Assembly: GCA_951406725.2 (NCBI GenBank)
Contig: OX597818.1
Coordinates: 125,674,001-125,738,000 of the forward strand
DNA length: 64,000 nt
DNA from: Octopus vulgaris
Taxonomy: Eukaryota
Direction: 5' to 3'
Position numbers and translations under genes: made by a program
Shown here: positions 13,319-27,469 of the stretch, one piece after another
Position numbering within the stretch: position 1 is the first letter of the stretch
Layout of the letters: the number at the start of each line of letters is the position of its first letter
The notes under the pieces: model-generated
The model's input: the letters and a program-made list of their open reading frames with translations, nothing else
Databases searched by the model: none
Told to the model about the DNA's origin: nothing

Positions 13319-14100
13319 CATTTGTATATATGATGCAGCTTCACTGCGTCACACCTAACTGTTCACTATGCCACAACGTGGATCTTCTTTGTGTGATGTA
13401 AACTTGTTTTGTTCGGAGTATGAACTGACTGTTAATTAGTTCCATATATTTTTGATTTTCTGTTATTTTCCGGATTGTATTCAGTGCGTCACTTGTGACT
13501 TTTCTTTAAGTATCTTATTTATTCCACGTCGTCTAGTGATGTTTTTCATTCGTCAAGTCTCATATTTTATTTTTTTATCATGTCAATTTATATTACGTCA
13601 TGTCCAAATGTTCCTTTCATGGTATGTAATTCTCTTTAATTCTTTACTCTATGCATTTTGAAAATTTGATATTTCATTTCTGTTCTAAATAATCTTATTC
13701 ATTCTACGACAAGCCGTACTGTTTCTTTACATGCTCCTCCCCTTTTTTTTTCAATATCTTTTATTGTTTCACTGCGTCAAAGTTTGATTACATCGTGTTT
13801 ACCTCACATTTGTTCACCAAGACAAAGGCATGTTTCTTCACATGTGACACATGGATTTATCCTTTTTTTGTTACTTTTAGAGCACCCTGTAAACGTACAC
13901 CCTATCAGCATAGCATGGCTATGTATTCTATATCATACCGTGATGCTATGTACATCTTGTCAAAACGGATTTAGCTTATCTCTAAATTACGCTATATTCA
14001 CACGTTCTAAAGAGTGCCTTATGTGCTACATTCGCCACTCTTCCAATATTTCACCTTGCAGATGTTTACAATTAACGCACCCAACTCTAACGTCACAGTG
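12360..14100 (+). repeat. Highly decayed CGTCA-containing minisatellite-like tract
   Basis: Recurrent same-strand (T/A)CGTCA(C/T) and ACGTTA words in a pyrimidine-rich context, interrupted by (TA)n near 13250-13315. Confidence 0.55.
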
Positions 14101-14340
14101 CTTCAATCTATGTGTACATACATGAATGCATACATAGATAGATACATACATACATACATATATACGTACATACATATATATGTATAAATTAATACACGCG
14201 TGCATACGTAATTCATACAGACATACTTAGATGCATACATATGTAAAGACATATATATATACATGCATAAATTCATACCTACAAACGCACATGCATATGT
14301 ACAAACATGCGTACGTACTTACAGCTTCAACGTGTATATA

Positions 14341-15460
14341 CAGTTGCGGCCAAAATGTTCAGAACGGCATTGTTTTTGTCAGAAAAGTAGATATAATTTT
14401 TAATAAAACTTGTGTTATTTTCTATAATTTTCACAGACAATAAATACGATATTAATTGTTATTGTCTGAGATTTTGGTGTAATTTGAGAGGATAATACAA
14501 AAGTTATGGATGATTTAGTGATTTACTGCCAAACCCATGGCGGCCAAGATGATCAGAACGGTTGCTTTTACTTCATGTTTTACTATATTTAACCGGTGAA
14601 CTCTAATGCTTTGAATTTGTTTACCCGACGGTTTATTTACTAAACATTAGTAAGAGTATCTGCAGTGTACTTTGTTAATATAATGCCACTTACTCCGTTA
14701 CCAATTCGTCAGCAGATTATTAAGCTTCGAAAGAAGGATAATTTAAGTATTGGGTCTATTGCAAAGATTGTTAACAAGTGAAAAAGTGTTGTTCACGGTA
14801 TTCTTAAGGTCTACGATGATTGTGGTTCGTGTGAAGCAAGAAAGTCTACAGGTAGGCCATGAAAAACGACCAACAGAGAAGATCGTGCTATGGTAAAGTT
14901 GGTTAAAAAGGACAGATTTAAAACTGCTGCTGCTGTTTCTCGGGAAATGTGCATTGTACTGAAGAAAACTTTATTTCGAAAAACTGTGTGTTGTCGTTTA
15001 GTTGAACATGACCTACAAGCAAGAGCACCTGCAGTGAAGTCACTAATCAGCTCCAAGAATAAAAAATGTCGTCTTACCTTTGCAACCGAACATATGTTGT
15101 GGTTTCAAGAAAAATGGCAAACGGTGCATTTCCGGGATGAATCTAAATTTGTTATTTGGGTCAGATGGGAAAAGGTACGTTTGTCAAAAAGTAGGTGAAA
15201 AATTGTCGCCTAAATGCCTTAAGACTAGTGTTAAATTCGGTGGAGGAAGTGTCATGGTTTGGGGGATGATATCTGGAGATGGTGTGGGCCCTTTGGTGCG
15301 ATTACATGGAAAGGTAAATGCAGGAGTTTATAAACAACTTGTAAAAGATCATGTCTTGCCTGTGCTGAGAAATTCAACTAAGCGATCACCCATATTCATG
15401 CAGGACAATGCCCCATGTCACAAGGCTAAGGTGGTCATGAACTTTCTCAAGGCTGAAAAG
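14341..15460 (+). mobile_element. Tc1-like transposon, 3'-truncated, with pseudogenised transposase
   Basis: TA|CAGTTGCGGCCAAAATG terminus, echoed internally near 14540. HTH region from 14683 with in-frame stops, then DESKF, SVKFGGGSVMVWGMISGDGVGPL and FMQDNAPCHKAK. Confidence 0.9.
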
Positions 15461-15723
15461 ATTATTGTTAATATAGCCACTGAAAAGTGGCTATATTTTT
15501 AAATCGAATTAATTTTAAATCGAATTTATTTTAATAGCATCGATTTTATCATTATCGATTTAAAGATATAGTCCCCAAATGCGCGGAGTCAGTTTAATGT
15601 TTCTTTAATTTATTGATTTTTAAAAATATATATTATAGCATATTTAATTTTTTCTATATATGGATAATGTCTTTCACAATTGAATTGCTTTATAGAAGAT
15701 ATTTCTCTTAATAATATATGTGC

Positions 15724-15770
<47 letters not shown>

Positions 15771-15944
15771 CACAAGAATACACAAACATTCGCAAACGTG
15801 TTCTCAAATCTAACAATTCCCATGCAAACATACACTCACAGAAGCACGAATGCATATTACAAAATACGTCAGATGACACACACACACACTACGGAGATGT
15901 AACTGCATTGCAAGTAACTTGATCTGAGATCGTGTGCTGAAGCA

Positions 15945-16170
15945 AAAACAATTGCAACGAGGAAGATGCTTGTCGGCCATTTAAGGCCAAAAAAAAAACG
16001 TCAGTTTCACTTCAACATTTAAATTAAATTTGTGTCAAAATATTTTCATCGCTTTGAAACCGCGACCTGTTCATTGACAACATTTTGTGTATTTAAATGT
16101 TGAAGTGAAACTAACGGGTTTTGTGTGTTCTTAAATGGCTTACAAACATCTCCACGATGCAATTGTTTAT
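15945..16170 (-). mobile_element. Fold-back Penelope-like fragment with a hammerhead-like motif in the loop
   Basis: 15945-16025 and 16090-16168 are imperfect inverted arms. The minus strand of 16033-16079 reads UGUCA-AUGAACAG-GUCGC..GCGAU-GAAA-AUAU-UU-UGACA. Confidence 0.55.
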
Positions 16171-16222
16171 ATAACTGATATATTTATTCTATACACATTA
16201 ACACAAATTCGGTAAACATATA

Positions 16223-16315
<93 letters not shown>

Positions 16316-16338
16316 ATAGATACACACATATGTGCCTG

Positions 16339-16386
<48 letters not shown>

Positions 16387-17179
16387 CAAATTAGTTACCA
16401 CTCTATCTCAAGAAGCTAAAAGTCAAATGAGCTAAGCAGGACATAATAGACCTAGCTGCTAACCCATGGCAACCCACATCAGTTAGAAGCCTCTATTCCT
16501 GCCATTTTCTAACTAGTTCTTTATATTTCAAGCTCTTCCTTTCATGTAACCGGTCCCATGCTTTCGATGAACAGAAAATCTAAGTGGAGTTTTCTTATGG
16601 ATCATTTATACTCGATTTCAATCACTAATATTCAGCTGCTATATAAAGCAGTTATAAATTAGGCTATAGCTTTGGTGGATTGCTTAGCTTATATAATTGT
16701 GCTTTTGACGAGTCGTCTTTAACAGATATATTATGCATAAAACAGTGTGAGTCAGAAACACTGAAATAAATATAAATATTAGAAGACCTGAATTTAAGAG
16801 AAATATTTAGCATGTAGACACATTTTTCTCTACCTGTGATGCGCAGAAAACAAAAGAGAAGTGTCATGCCTGACCGTTTCACGGTTTGTTAAGCGCTCAT
16901 ACATACATACATGCATTCATACATACATATATAAATACATACATACATGCATACATACATACACACATAATTACAAAAATACATACATACAACAGTCTTT
17001 GAATTGAAGTTCGCACTTATATATAACACATACAGAGACATGTGCGCATAAAACACACATACACGTACATGATGACTTTGTGCACTTGGTCGATCTCGTG
17101 ATTAATATTGAATTATTTTCTATATCCTTATCTCTTTCTATACAAAAGCTCTTGGCAGTATCGGTACAATCGCCACAGG

Positions 17180-17180
17180 A

Positions 17181-17231
<51 letters not shown>

Positions 17232-17330
17232 TAGTAGTAGTAGTAGTTGTAGTAGTAGTAGCTGTGGTGGAGGTGCCGTCGGTGGTGGTGGTGGTGGTAG
17301 TGTAGGTGGTGGTATTGGTGGTAGTTGTGG
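17180..17330. repeat. (TAG)n/(GGT)n microsatellite
   Basis: Direct inspection. Confidence 0.95.
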
Positions 17331-19933
17331 CTGAGTAAATTATGTCACTTAATCCGATTGGTTTGTTGGGAAACCCTTTAAAGTTTTCTATCTTAACTAA
17401 ATATACATTGCAAGACAGAGTAACTAATATCCGGATAGTAGAGAAGATGTATGAAATCAGCATTGAGATAAACGGCTTGTCAATTTTCCCGGAAACGATT
17501 GAAATACACGTGATCGAAAACAGTTACTCGAGAGAAGAAAAAACACATTGATCGAAGTACAACAATTAATCGAATTATAAATAAATATTCGAAGTACAGA
17601 AAATTGCTTAAAGGAAAATAGATTTTATTTTTTATTGCTATACAATATATAATCTCAAGTTATGAATGATTGCGAAGATATGAGTGTATGTGTGTGTACC
17701 TGTCGTGTTTATATTTAACAGTCTTGAACACTAGTTTCTAAATTGTTGAACATAAGCATAACAAGCTCAGACACATATAAGAAATTATTTTATATTCTAT
17801 TGTAATTTTTATAGTAAATTAGATATGAGATATTAATATAATTATATATACATATACACACACACAGACACACACACACACATATATATATATATATGCA
17901 TATAATGTTAATATAACATATATAGATTATATACTAATATATCATATTATATATCATATTATTTTATAGTCGTATTTTATATTTTGCGAGTTAGCAGGAC
18001 CCTGTTTCTATAATTGGTATTACAGCCGATCATTTTCTATCAATTGCTTTCTTAGTGAGACAGTCAATGTTAGCTCAATCACCCATAAGAGTGTTATAGT
18101 TCCCTCAGCTATACTCGTGTAGATTTAGTTTAACTCAATATTGAAAGGTAGCCGAAATCTCTTCAATTTAATAGAATTTCTCGCTATTCTCTGTGGTAAC
18201 TCATTGAACAACAATGAATACTTGCCAGCAATTTTCATGAAATGTTGATCATGATTTTCAATATGGCACGAAACAAGAAATATATTGTTTCAATAATGTA
18301 ATTTTTTTCATGCACATCTGACCTGACATATTGCGATTTCAACAAGTTATATATAAAATACAAAATATAATATATGCTACTTAAATCTCCACCATGAGCT
18401 GTAATTTTTGAACGAGCTCTGAAAATAAATTGCGAAGCACTGTCTCAAAAAACCTTACAATAAGGAAATAAAATCAGAAATAGTAGCCAAATCCCCCTTA
18501 AATGAAAGCGTTCTAACATATTAGATAATACTGTCCTAGACATATTGTATCTAGAAAATTTCATATGCTGGAGCACGTCTTATCATCGGATAAGATCTAT
18601 TCGATCAGGGTTGACATTAAGTTCAATAGCTGCAGCAGTTGTCATTCACGTAACCAGTCGTCATTCACGTGCGAGTAAGACTTGGTAACGTAATTCATGC
18701 GTATGCTCGTCGATTTCGGTGCCTAGGTTGTCATGAGCAGTCAGGGAAGTCCTTTAAGGAATCCTCTCATTCTTAACCTGGTGGAATAACCGGGATGTGA
18801 CAGCTGGAGTAAAAGAGAGGATTGCACTAGCACGCAACAGGTACTCGTAATATGTTGTCTGATTCAGGAATTCAAGTCAGAAATTATGATCATAAGTTAA
18901 TACCTCATCCAAAAAATGAAAATGAACTTAAATTATAGCAAATTCTACAGATAGTCGAAAATTGGCAAGTTGCGCTGGCAATGTAGGTTCTATTTCATGT
19001 AATACTTTTACATTTCGTTTAAAACTAAACAGTTATCAAATCGGCCTAATAAAAGCCTTTGAAAAACGGAAATAGAGCATCCGTCGATCGCTGCTACTGC
19101 TTTGATATGTTGATGTAAGCAGACTTACTATGAATGATGCGAAGGACAAGTAAATCTATTAGTGCTCCATTTTTACACAGTACAATGATATTCTATTGCA
19201 TCAGGAGAATTGAGGGAGAATTGGTCTAATGTCGTACCTAGTGTCTTGATATTAAAATACCAATAATATATTGAGAGTAGCCACCATCCTCAATCCACAG
19301 TTGAAGGGAATATATAACACTTGTCCAACAGTTTTGCCTGGCTTTAGAATTCAGCATAAACCTAGATGAGTAGCCTAGATAGATTGCTACCATTTGTCCA
19401 AGATGTTATCTCGAGTCTCCTGGGGAAAGGGGCAACTTAATATCCCTTTTACAGGTTGGCTTCTATAACTTAAGGCAAAGGCCTTTCACAAATAACAAGA
19501 AAGTACAACATTCGTTGGCGATCCAGTGAACTATAACGATTATAAAATTGAACAATATCGAGTGTTTTTTTTTATAGATAATAATCACTTATTAATGTCC
19601 ATAATTCATGATACTGTTTCGATCTCGTTTGTAAGCTATAAACATAATCTTAGTTCCGTAGTTATAAATTGGTAATAAATTTGTAATCTTAGCTTAAACA
19701 ATTAATTATATTTAAGAAAAGAGATGCTGCACTGTTATATTTTTGAGGTAAGTACACACACACACACACTCACACACAAACTCACAAACACACATCTTTC
19801 CAACAGCGTTTGATTTGAAAAGTTAAAATTAATTACTGGCGAGATCTTTCCACTTAATTTGATAAAATTTTAGTAACCAGACATTTTTTCCCTACACTGG
19901 TTTCTTTACACTTAGTTTTACTTACGATTTTAG

Positions 19934-20039
19934 CGGCAAGAAAAAACGTAGTGACATATCAAGTGACGACATCAGACGTTCAACTCTGGCTCAAAGACTG
20001 ATCCGATTTGCAGCAGAGAGACTTGCAAAGACTGAGTAA
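19934..20039 (+). CDS. Neuropeptide precursor, last coding exon: (x)GKKKRSDISSDDIRRSTLAQRLIRFAAERLAKTE*
   Basis: Acceptor ttttacttacgattttag. The first base C completes AG|C (Ser) for exons A/B or AT|C (Ile) for exon C, followed by the Gly-KKKR amidation/convertase signal. Stop TAA at 20037-20039. Donor-like G|gtgagg after 20051. Confidence 0.85.
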
Positions 20040-20186
20040 TCTAAAGAAATGGTGAGGTATTTGATTTCTTTCTTTCTCTGTCTGTCTCTCTCTCTCTTTC
20101 TCTCACTCTCGCTCTCTGAAATTTCTTTATTTATTTCACTGTTTTAAAATGAAAGCTGTCCAGTTTTTATATTTACATATTTACAG

Positions 20187-20420
20187 TCACTTAGATTTAG
20201 AAACATTACAAAACTCATCCATGTTAGAACTTCGAGTTTTAGTCAATACATCGGACTTGGTGCAGCTGATTAACTGAATAGAATAGCTCCTTAGTATGTT
20301 AGATTAGTAGACTATAATTTGTAGATTAGTGAATTTGGATAAAGATAGATAAAAATTTAGGATCGATGGCAAGTTGAAGAATCGAAGCAGGTTGCAATAA
20401 ATCCTATGCAGGTTCTAAAT
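20187..20420 (+). other. Putative 3' UTR exon of the neuropeptide gene (3' end uncertain)
   Basis: Acceptor tttttatatttacatatttacag ends at 20186, after a donor at about 20052. AATAAA at 20396-20401; further AATAAA sites lie downstream, e.g. near 21401. Confidence 0.4.
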
Positions 20421-21834
20421 CATTAAAATACAGCGGTAACGATGATTATGGTAGCGACGACAACGACGACGACGACAATGATTAATATGTTGATTAAGAT
20501 GATGATGATGATGATGATGATGTAAATCACGTGAACTAAGGGAAGGAAACAGTATAAGACTACTGCTTTGGTAATCTAAGAAAAGTTTAAAAGTAAGGTT
20601 AACAACAACGGAAGCAGACTTTCACTGTTTCTCTTACGTTGTGTATTATTGCTGGAATGATGTTAGTATATTACAAAGAGGAAGCATCTAAGTAGTGGTT
20701 TTATCAACTACAGATGTCAACCAAATCTTCTTCGAACCACACTCCATCGTTTTATATAAGTGAGACTACATGAAATAATGTAGTCCTAGATAATCGTAGA
20801 AAAAGAGGGTCATAGTTGAAGTGTCTTTGATCATATGTCTGCTCAACAACAATTGATTTGAAGTTACACAAAATAGTCCATCTTAGAAAAGTGCCTGCAG
20901 CGTTTCTGGAAGTTTACAGAACTTACGATAATGAACAGGATGATAGAAAGAAATACGTCACACATTGCCCTGTGTAAAAACAGTAAGCTATGCAACTAAA
21001 GAGGATAGGAACACAGCGAGTTGGCTTCGATTCTAGGTTGTAGCCATTTCACTACATCTTTATCGATTAGGTCTTTGATAATGAACTCTCCATAAGCTCA
21101 ATGCCTTTCTCTTTAATGAAGAATTGTTTGAATTGACAGTATTCCATTGCTAGTACCTCTTCGACTCCATGAAGATGAAATACAAAGAAGAATCTATGTA
21201 GACTTGGACTTAATGCGTTGAGGAATGAGGAATATGCGAGGGAAGTTTATGACTGACTTCTTTGATTTCCAGTGTACAGGGAGTTCGAGGAAAGTTGACA
21301 GTTCACATACAAAGAAAATAAACATCATCGATAAAAATAATAGTATTTTAAAAAGATAATTTAAAATATGTTTTATTGATTGTAATTAAAAAATAGTAAC
21401 AATAAAAGATGCAACAACTGAAGAACAAATTATACGTATTCTTTTAATGAGCATTGCTTTTGTTCGTTTATTCATTTCTATTTATACTTTTTTGGCGCTC
21501 GTGCATTTAGATATACAACCAGAAGTATGTGCAACTCTTTTTTTAAAAATTAAGTATATTCACAAAAGTAGAATGCAAAACTTCGTATGTCATAGTAGGT
21601 CACAAACAGGTGATATAGCTAACAATTGAACAGCTATATGTATGTAACATTAGGTATACACTTCACATTTGCATATCACTATTTTGTGCTTTTAGCTGAA
21701 TTACTTGACACATGTCCTTAGTGGGTATTGATGAATAAATTCATAGATATTGAAGACCAATGTGCTAATGGATTTACTAAATTTTATTGTTTACTAAGTA
21801 TGTAATCCAATAGATGCAGGTGAAACTTAACGAG

Positions 21835-23445
21835 CAAAAATATTAGAAAATTTCAAAAAATTTTTGCAAAAATTTTCAAAAATTTTGGGGGAAAATTTTC
21901 AAAAACTTTGGGGAAAAATTTTCAAAGATTTTTGGTGAAAATTTACAAAAATTTTTGTAAACTTTCACCAAAAGTTTTGGGGAAAATTTTCAAATAATTT
22001 TGAGGTAAATTGTCTAAAATTTTGGATAAAAATTTTCAAAAAATTTTTCAAAAACAGATTACCGGAGATTCCCGGAAATTGCCGGATATGCCGGAATTTA
22101 CCGGGAATTGCCGTAGATTGCCGGAAATCAACGGAAGTTGCCGGAGATTGGTGGAATAGCATTTTGGGAGATTTCCCAATAATGCAGGGAAAAGTTTTCA
22201 AAAATTTTTGGGGAAACATTTCAAAAATATTTCGGAAAATTTTGAACAAATTATGGGGAAAATTTAAAAAAATTTTTGGGGAATATTTTCAAAAATTTTC
22301 GGGGAAAACTTTGAAAAATTCTTTGGAAAAATTTTGGGGGAAAAAGTTGAAAAGTTTTTGGGAAAAATTTTCAAAACGTTTCGGGGAAAATTTTCAAAAA
22401 TTTTTAGCGGTAGTTGCCGAAGATTACCGGAGATATACTGATCTTGCCAGAGATAGGCGGAGATTGCCGGAGATAGCCGGAGATAACCAAAGATTGGCGG
22501 AATAGCATTTTTGGAGACTTCCCAATAATGAAGGGAAGAATTAAAAAAAATTTTGGGGGAAAATTCTGAAAAATTTTGTAAAATTTTTGGGGAAAATTTT
22601 GAAAAATAAAAAAAAATTTGGGGAAAAATTTTGAAAAATTTTTGCGAAAATTTTGAGGAAATTTTTAACAATTTTTGGAAAAAATTTGAAAAATTTCAGG
22701 GGAAAATTTTCAAAATTTTTCGAGGAATATTTGTTTCAGTTTTAGGGAAAATTTTAAAAAATTTTTGAGGAAAATTTTAGAAAAGTTTTTAGGGAAAATT
22801 TTCAAAAATTTTTGCGGTAATTGCCGAAGATTACCGGAGATATACTGAGCTTGCCAGAGATAGCCGGAGATTGCCGGAGATAGCCGGAGATAACCGGAGA
22901 TTGGCGGTATAGCATTTTTGGAGACTTCCCAATAATGAAGGAAAGAATTTTCAAAAATTTTGGGGGAAAATTCTGAAAAATTTTGTAAAATTTTTGCGGC
23001 AAATTTTGTAAAATTGTTGGGGAAAATTTTGAAAAATTTTTCGGAAAAATTAAAAAAAATATTTGGGAAAAATTTAGAAAAATTTTGGGGGCAAATTTTG
23101 AAAAAATTTTTGCGAAAAATTTTCAAAAATCTTTGAGGAAAATTCTCAAAAATTGTTGCGGAAAATTTTTTGGGAAAGGTATCAAAAATTTTTGAGGAAA
23201 TTTTTAACAATTTTTGGGAAAAATTTGAAAAATTTTGGGGGAAAATTTTCAAAAATTTTTGAGGAAAATTTGTTTCATTTTTAGGGAAAATTTTCAAAAA
23301 TTTTTGAGGAAAATTTACAAAAATTTTTGCGGTAAATTAAAAAAAAAGTTTTGTGGAAAATTACGGGAGATTGCCGGAAATTGCCGGAGATTGCCGGAGA
23401 TTGCCGGAGATTGCAGGAGATAGCTGGAGATTGGCGGAATATCAA
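21835..23445. repeat. Composite satellite: phased AAAATTTT tracts with four blocks of 10-bp (TTGCCGGAGA)n and a recurring ~36-bp module
   Basis: 10-mer blocks at about 22058-22150, 22410-22500, 22818-22905 and 23360-23435. The module atagcattttgggaga(c/t)ttcccaataatg occurs at about 22156, 22502 and 22909. Confidence 0.9.
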
Positions 23446-23985
23446 TGACTGATGATAGAGTATGGACGGATTTTTGAAGTACCCTACACACATATTTGAT
23501 TATGAAGATTTACAAACATATTTTCTCAGTGAAACTCAATATACCCACCATTATAGATAATACCAAATGTACATTTTCGGATTTTTCATAATTTCATGTG
23601 ATATAATTCTTTGGTATAGCAATTGCATGCGGCTGAAGAGAGCTTTAAACTATCTGTTATGTCGATTACACATTGATGTAAGAATAGGTTATTTTATAAA
23701 GCTTGAAACACGTGTTCCGTGACATCCTTTGTGTTTTGTTTTTCATTTCATTTGATGCATATATGTATATACTAACAGTATAACCCGGATTTTCCCGCGA
23801 TTAAGTTAGGATTATTAAGCTAATCAAGTTCTTTATTTCAAACCAAACTAAGTAATATCGATGTCAAATTTTGGCGAAATCTGTTGAAATTGGTTTCTAT
23901 ATATATATATATATGGGCAGCACACACATACACGCACGTACGTAATACACCCATAGCATACATGTTTTTTGTATGCATACATGTT

Positions 23986-24029
<44 letters not shown>

Positions 24030-24378
24030 TGTGTGTGCGTGTGTGTGTTGCCCGTATATCAACAAAACAATTTTTTCTTCGATGGAAAAAAAACAACAAA
24101 AGTCAACAAAAACTTACTCGTCGCTAGAAGGGGACTTAACTCCTGTTTGTAAACAATGGTGATTTCTCCGACTTGAAAATTGTTAAAAGTTTTGGTTGAA
24201 AATTTATTTTTACTACTATTCGCTGGTGCCTCTGGTAAAAAAAATAATAAGTTGACGAAAATACAGCTAGGTTCATGACGAATGTCCTCCTAAAATTGGA
24301 GCGACATGCATCCTAATTTGTGGACGTGCAAAACGTTCACACACACACACACACACATCCTGCCTTTTATATATACAT

Positions 24379-24437
<59 letters not shown>

Positions 24438-24486
24438 AACACACGTGCGCGTGCACACACATAGTAGTTATCTTTTACCATATACT

Positions 24487-24876
24487 TCTTTCCGTCATTA
24501 AACTGTGGCCATGCTGGGGCACCATCCTGAAAGGTTTAGTCGAACAAACGCTTCAAAGACTTACTTATTTTAAAGTCTTGTATTTATTATCGCGGCTCGT
24601 TTTTGCCGAGCTGCTAAGTTATGGAACGTAAAGAAACCAGCACCGGCTGTGAACGAGTGGGCGAAAACGCACACACAAGCACAAAGACAGACAGACACAT
24701 ATATACACACATATGTATACGATGGGCTTCTGCATAGTTTCCGTTCACCCACGAGTCATTGGTCAGTCCGGAGTTATAGTAGAAGACACTTACACAAAGT
24801 GGCACATAGTGTGACTGAACCTGAAACTTTCATGGTTGAAAAGCATGCTTCATTACCACACGAACATGCCTGCGCC
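24487..24876 (-). mobile_element. Diverged tRNA-derived SINE (family 1)
   Basis: Reverse-complement similarity to the intact copy at 37638-38040 (tgtggccatgctggggcacc, agaagacactt, gactgaacc). Confidence 0.75.
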
Positions 24877-25519
24877 TCTACACATGGTTTCAAAATACAT
24901 AAACTATGGGTCAATGAAATTTTCTATATTTATAATACTATCCTAAGATTCTCATTGTTCGTTGTTCTCTTATTAACCAATATTTGTAAAAATAAACAAA
25001 AAGTGTCTATATGGATATACATTCAATTTTCAGTATATTTATGAATACAGATATGCATTACATTAGAAAATATTAGTAATTTATAATCTGAAAGAAATAA
25101 ATACTTCTATATAATTTTGTATGTGTTAAATGATTTTGTATTTATATTGCTGGATTTTTCTGTCTATAAAGGATTACCGATAAATTTGCAATTAAATATT
25201 CTATAGAGTTGACAGCAAAATAGTTGAGCGTATGTTTTACTTATCTCTTGACAGAAAGAAACTATTTCTTGCTTCAGTGTTAGAAATATGGATATTTTAT
25301 ATCACTCTGCTGGATAGATAGATATTTCGTCTGTGTTGTCCTTATGTATGTATACCTACCTACCTACCTACCAACATACATACATACATACATACCTACC
25401 TACGTACCTAACTACCCCCCTACATACCTACATACATACATACATACATACATACATACATACATACATACATACATACTTACCTACCTACCTACCTATC
25501 TAGATATATACATACTTAA

Positions 25520-25745
25520 AACTTTCCAGAAGTTTATCATTTAAGTATATATAAGCATGTCTAGATATGCAACTATAAGCATGGAAATTCATACATAAAA
25601 CAAAATACTCAAATCTGCACCTATATATACATAAAAAATACCCTATTGATGTTGTTGAAATTCCAGTGAAGGAGCTTTGGATTTAGGTTAGAAACCGGCT
25701 CTTTCTCTATTGGTAAGAAATCTTGAAATAAAACTGAATAATAAT
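25520..25745 (+). mobile_element. 3' UTR fragment of an RLE non-LTR element
   Basis: Reverse-complement match to 43922-44150 (ggttagaaaccggctctttctctattgg.aagaaatcttgaaataaaactgaataat). Confidence 0.7.
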
Positions 25746-26245
25746 ATACTTGATGATTGCGTCATGATGTCAAATGATAACCTTCATACATACATTTAAT
25801 AGAATTGTTCTGGTTTGCTTTCATCCTACAATAGGATTTCATAAAATACAAAACTGGTCAAGAAACGAAATGATAGTGAGACGTCTATACGTCGTCGGAT
25901 TTAAGTGATAAAAGCTTGTACAACACTTTTCTTACTCTCTTGGTCGCCATAGTGGACTCAAATGACAAGCATTGCAAGATGACTCATACTATTTTGACTA
26001 CGAGTCTTATGTTAGAGTATACTTCTCCTAGGAGAAGCATAGCTTTTTCAGAAATGACGGGAGCTTCCTATACCCGTGGAAAATCTATCTAACCCATACA
26101 TACGCTGACAGGTACTACTGTTTTGAATTAGAATGAACACGAGAGTAATGATAATATGGAGGTGACTCCACGTTCCCACACGACTCCAGAACTTCCGTAC
26201 TGAAACCTCACTACAGGATGCAGTTTAATGGCATACTCCGTACAG

Positions 26246-26367
26246 CATACATACATACATACATACATACATACATACATACATACATACATACATACAT
26301 GCATACGTTCATTCATTCATTCATCCATTCATACATACATACATACATACATACATACATACATACA

Positions 26368-26401
<34 letters not shown>

Positions 26402-26484
26402 CACACATGCATACATTCATTCATTCATCCATTCATACATACATACATACATACATACATACATACATACATACATACATACAT
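26246..26484. repeat. (CATA)n/(CATT)n microsatellite
   Basis: Direct inspection. Confidence 0.95.
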
Positions 26485-26599
26485 CTAGAGCGAAGATAGG
26501 GATTTTAACTTTAATGATCGTGCGTAAATGCAAGAAAGGAGAGAATACTGAACCGACACCATGCTGGATGTGAAACTCTCAGCATACCAAAAAGTGACT

Positions 26600-27380
26600 A
26601 TATATAGGTATATTTCCTAAAGATTTGAAGAAGACTAATATTGCATGAAGTGCAACCTCTCTTGGACTCGTAACCGTTACATTACATCAAACTTGGAAAG
26701 CTATGCATTTCAATCCAAGAACAGACGATTACTACGAAATACATAATAGGTAGAAGAGATAGTGAAGTGCTTAGAGCTCCAAGATCCAACCGAAAATGTT
26801 GATTGTGTCATAAATCCTACGGAAGGTATCATTCATGTGATTAGTAGCTTTCCAAAAATGTCATCAAGTTAGTACCTCGTTATGTGGCATGGCGTTGTCG
26901 CAAAAACTATATACAATGCTATTTGGAAAACCGACTGTCCTCGAATAAATATAGATAATCTCCCTGTTATCGAATGCATACACAAACGTCAACACAAGGA
27001 ATACTGGTGGAATATTCCCATCGAAACATTTGTCAAGTTCAAACGTAACAGTCTGGATGCCGTTGTTGGGGACAGGCAAGAAAAAGTACGCACTGTCAGA
27101 GCGCTCAGCTGTCCTTTTGATTGTGAATATCTGTTTGAAGATCAAAGAGAAAGAGGATATCTTTGCGCAACTGCTTCGAAGCCTCCAGCTTCTATATCCA
27201 GATTATAAATTCACATTTATACAAATAATAATTGGTGCACTTAGTTTTGTAAGTAAATGCCTAAGCGACAATCTGGATAAGCTAGAGTTTTCTGCAAAAG
27301 GAACCAACAAACTTGTGCATTGCAAATACAATTTCCAGGTGGAACAGTAAAAATATGCAAGACTTTTCTCGTGTTTAAAA
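26600..27380 (+). mobile_element. Decayed RLE non-LTR retrotransposon fragment (R4/Dong-like)
   Basis: HVISSFPKMSS, HGVVAKTIYNAI, KEYWWNIPIET, and LLRSLQLLYPDYKFTFIQIIIGAL. Same family as 43922-45345. Confidence 0.75.
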
Positions 27381-27436
27381 ACCTGCTCCATCTTCAGAGG
27401 AAGAACGTAAATGATTAAAATCAGAAGAGAACATGC

Positions 27437-27469
<33 letters not shown>

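Noticed and set aside
21965-23493. K/F/N/I-rich ORFs in the A-tract satellites (also 48319-50707)
   Set aside because: Open on both strands because of low complexity; no splice signals or protein features.
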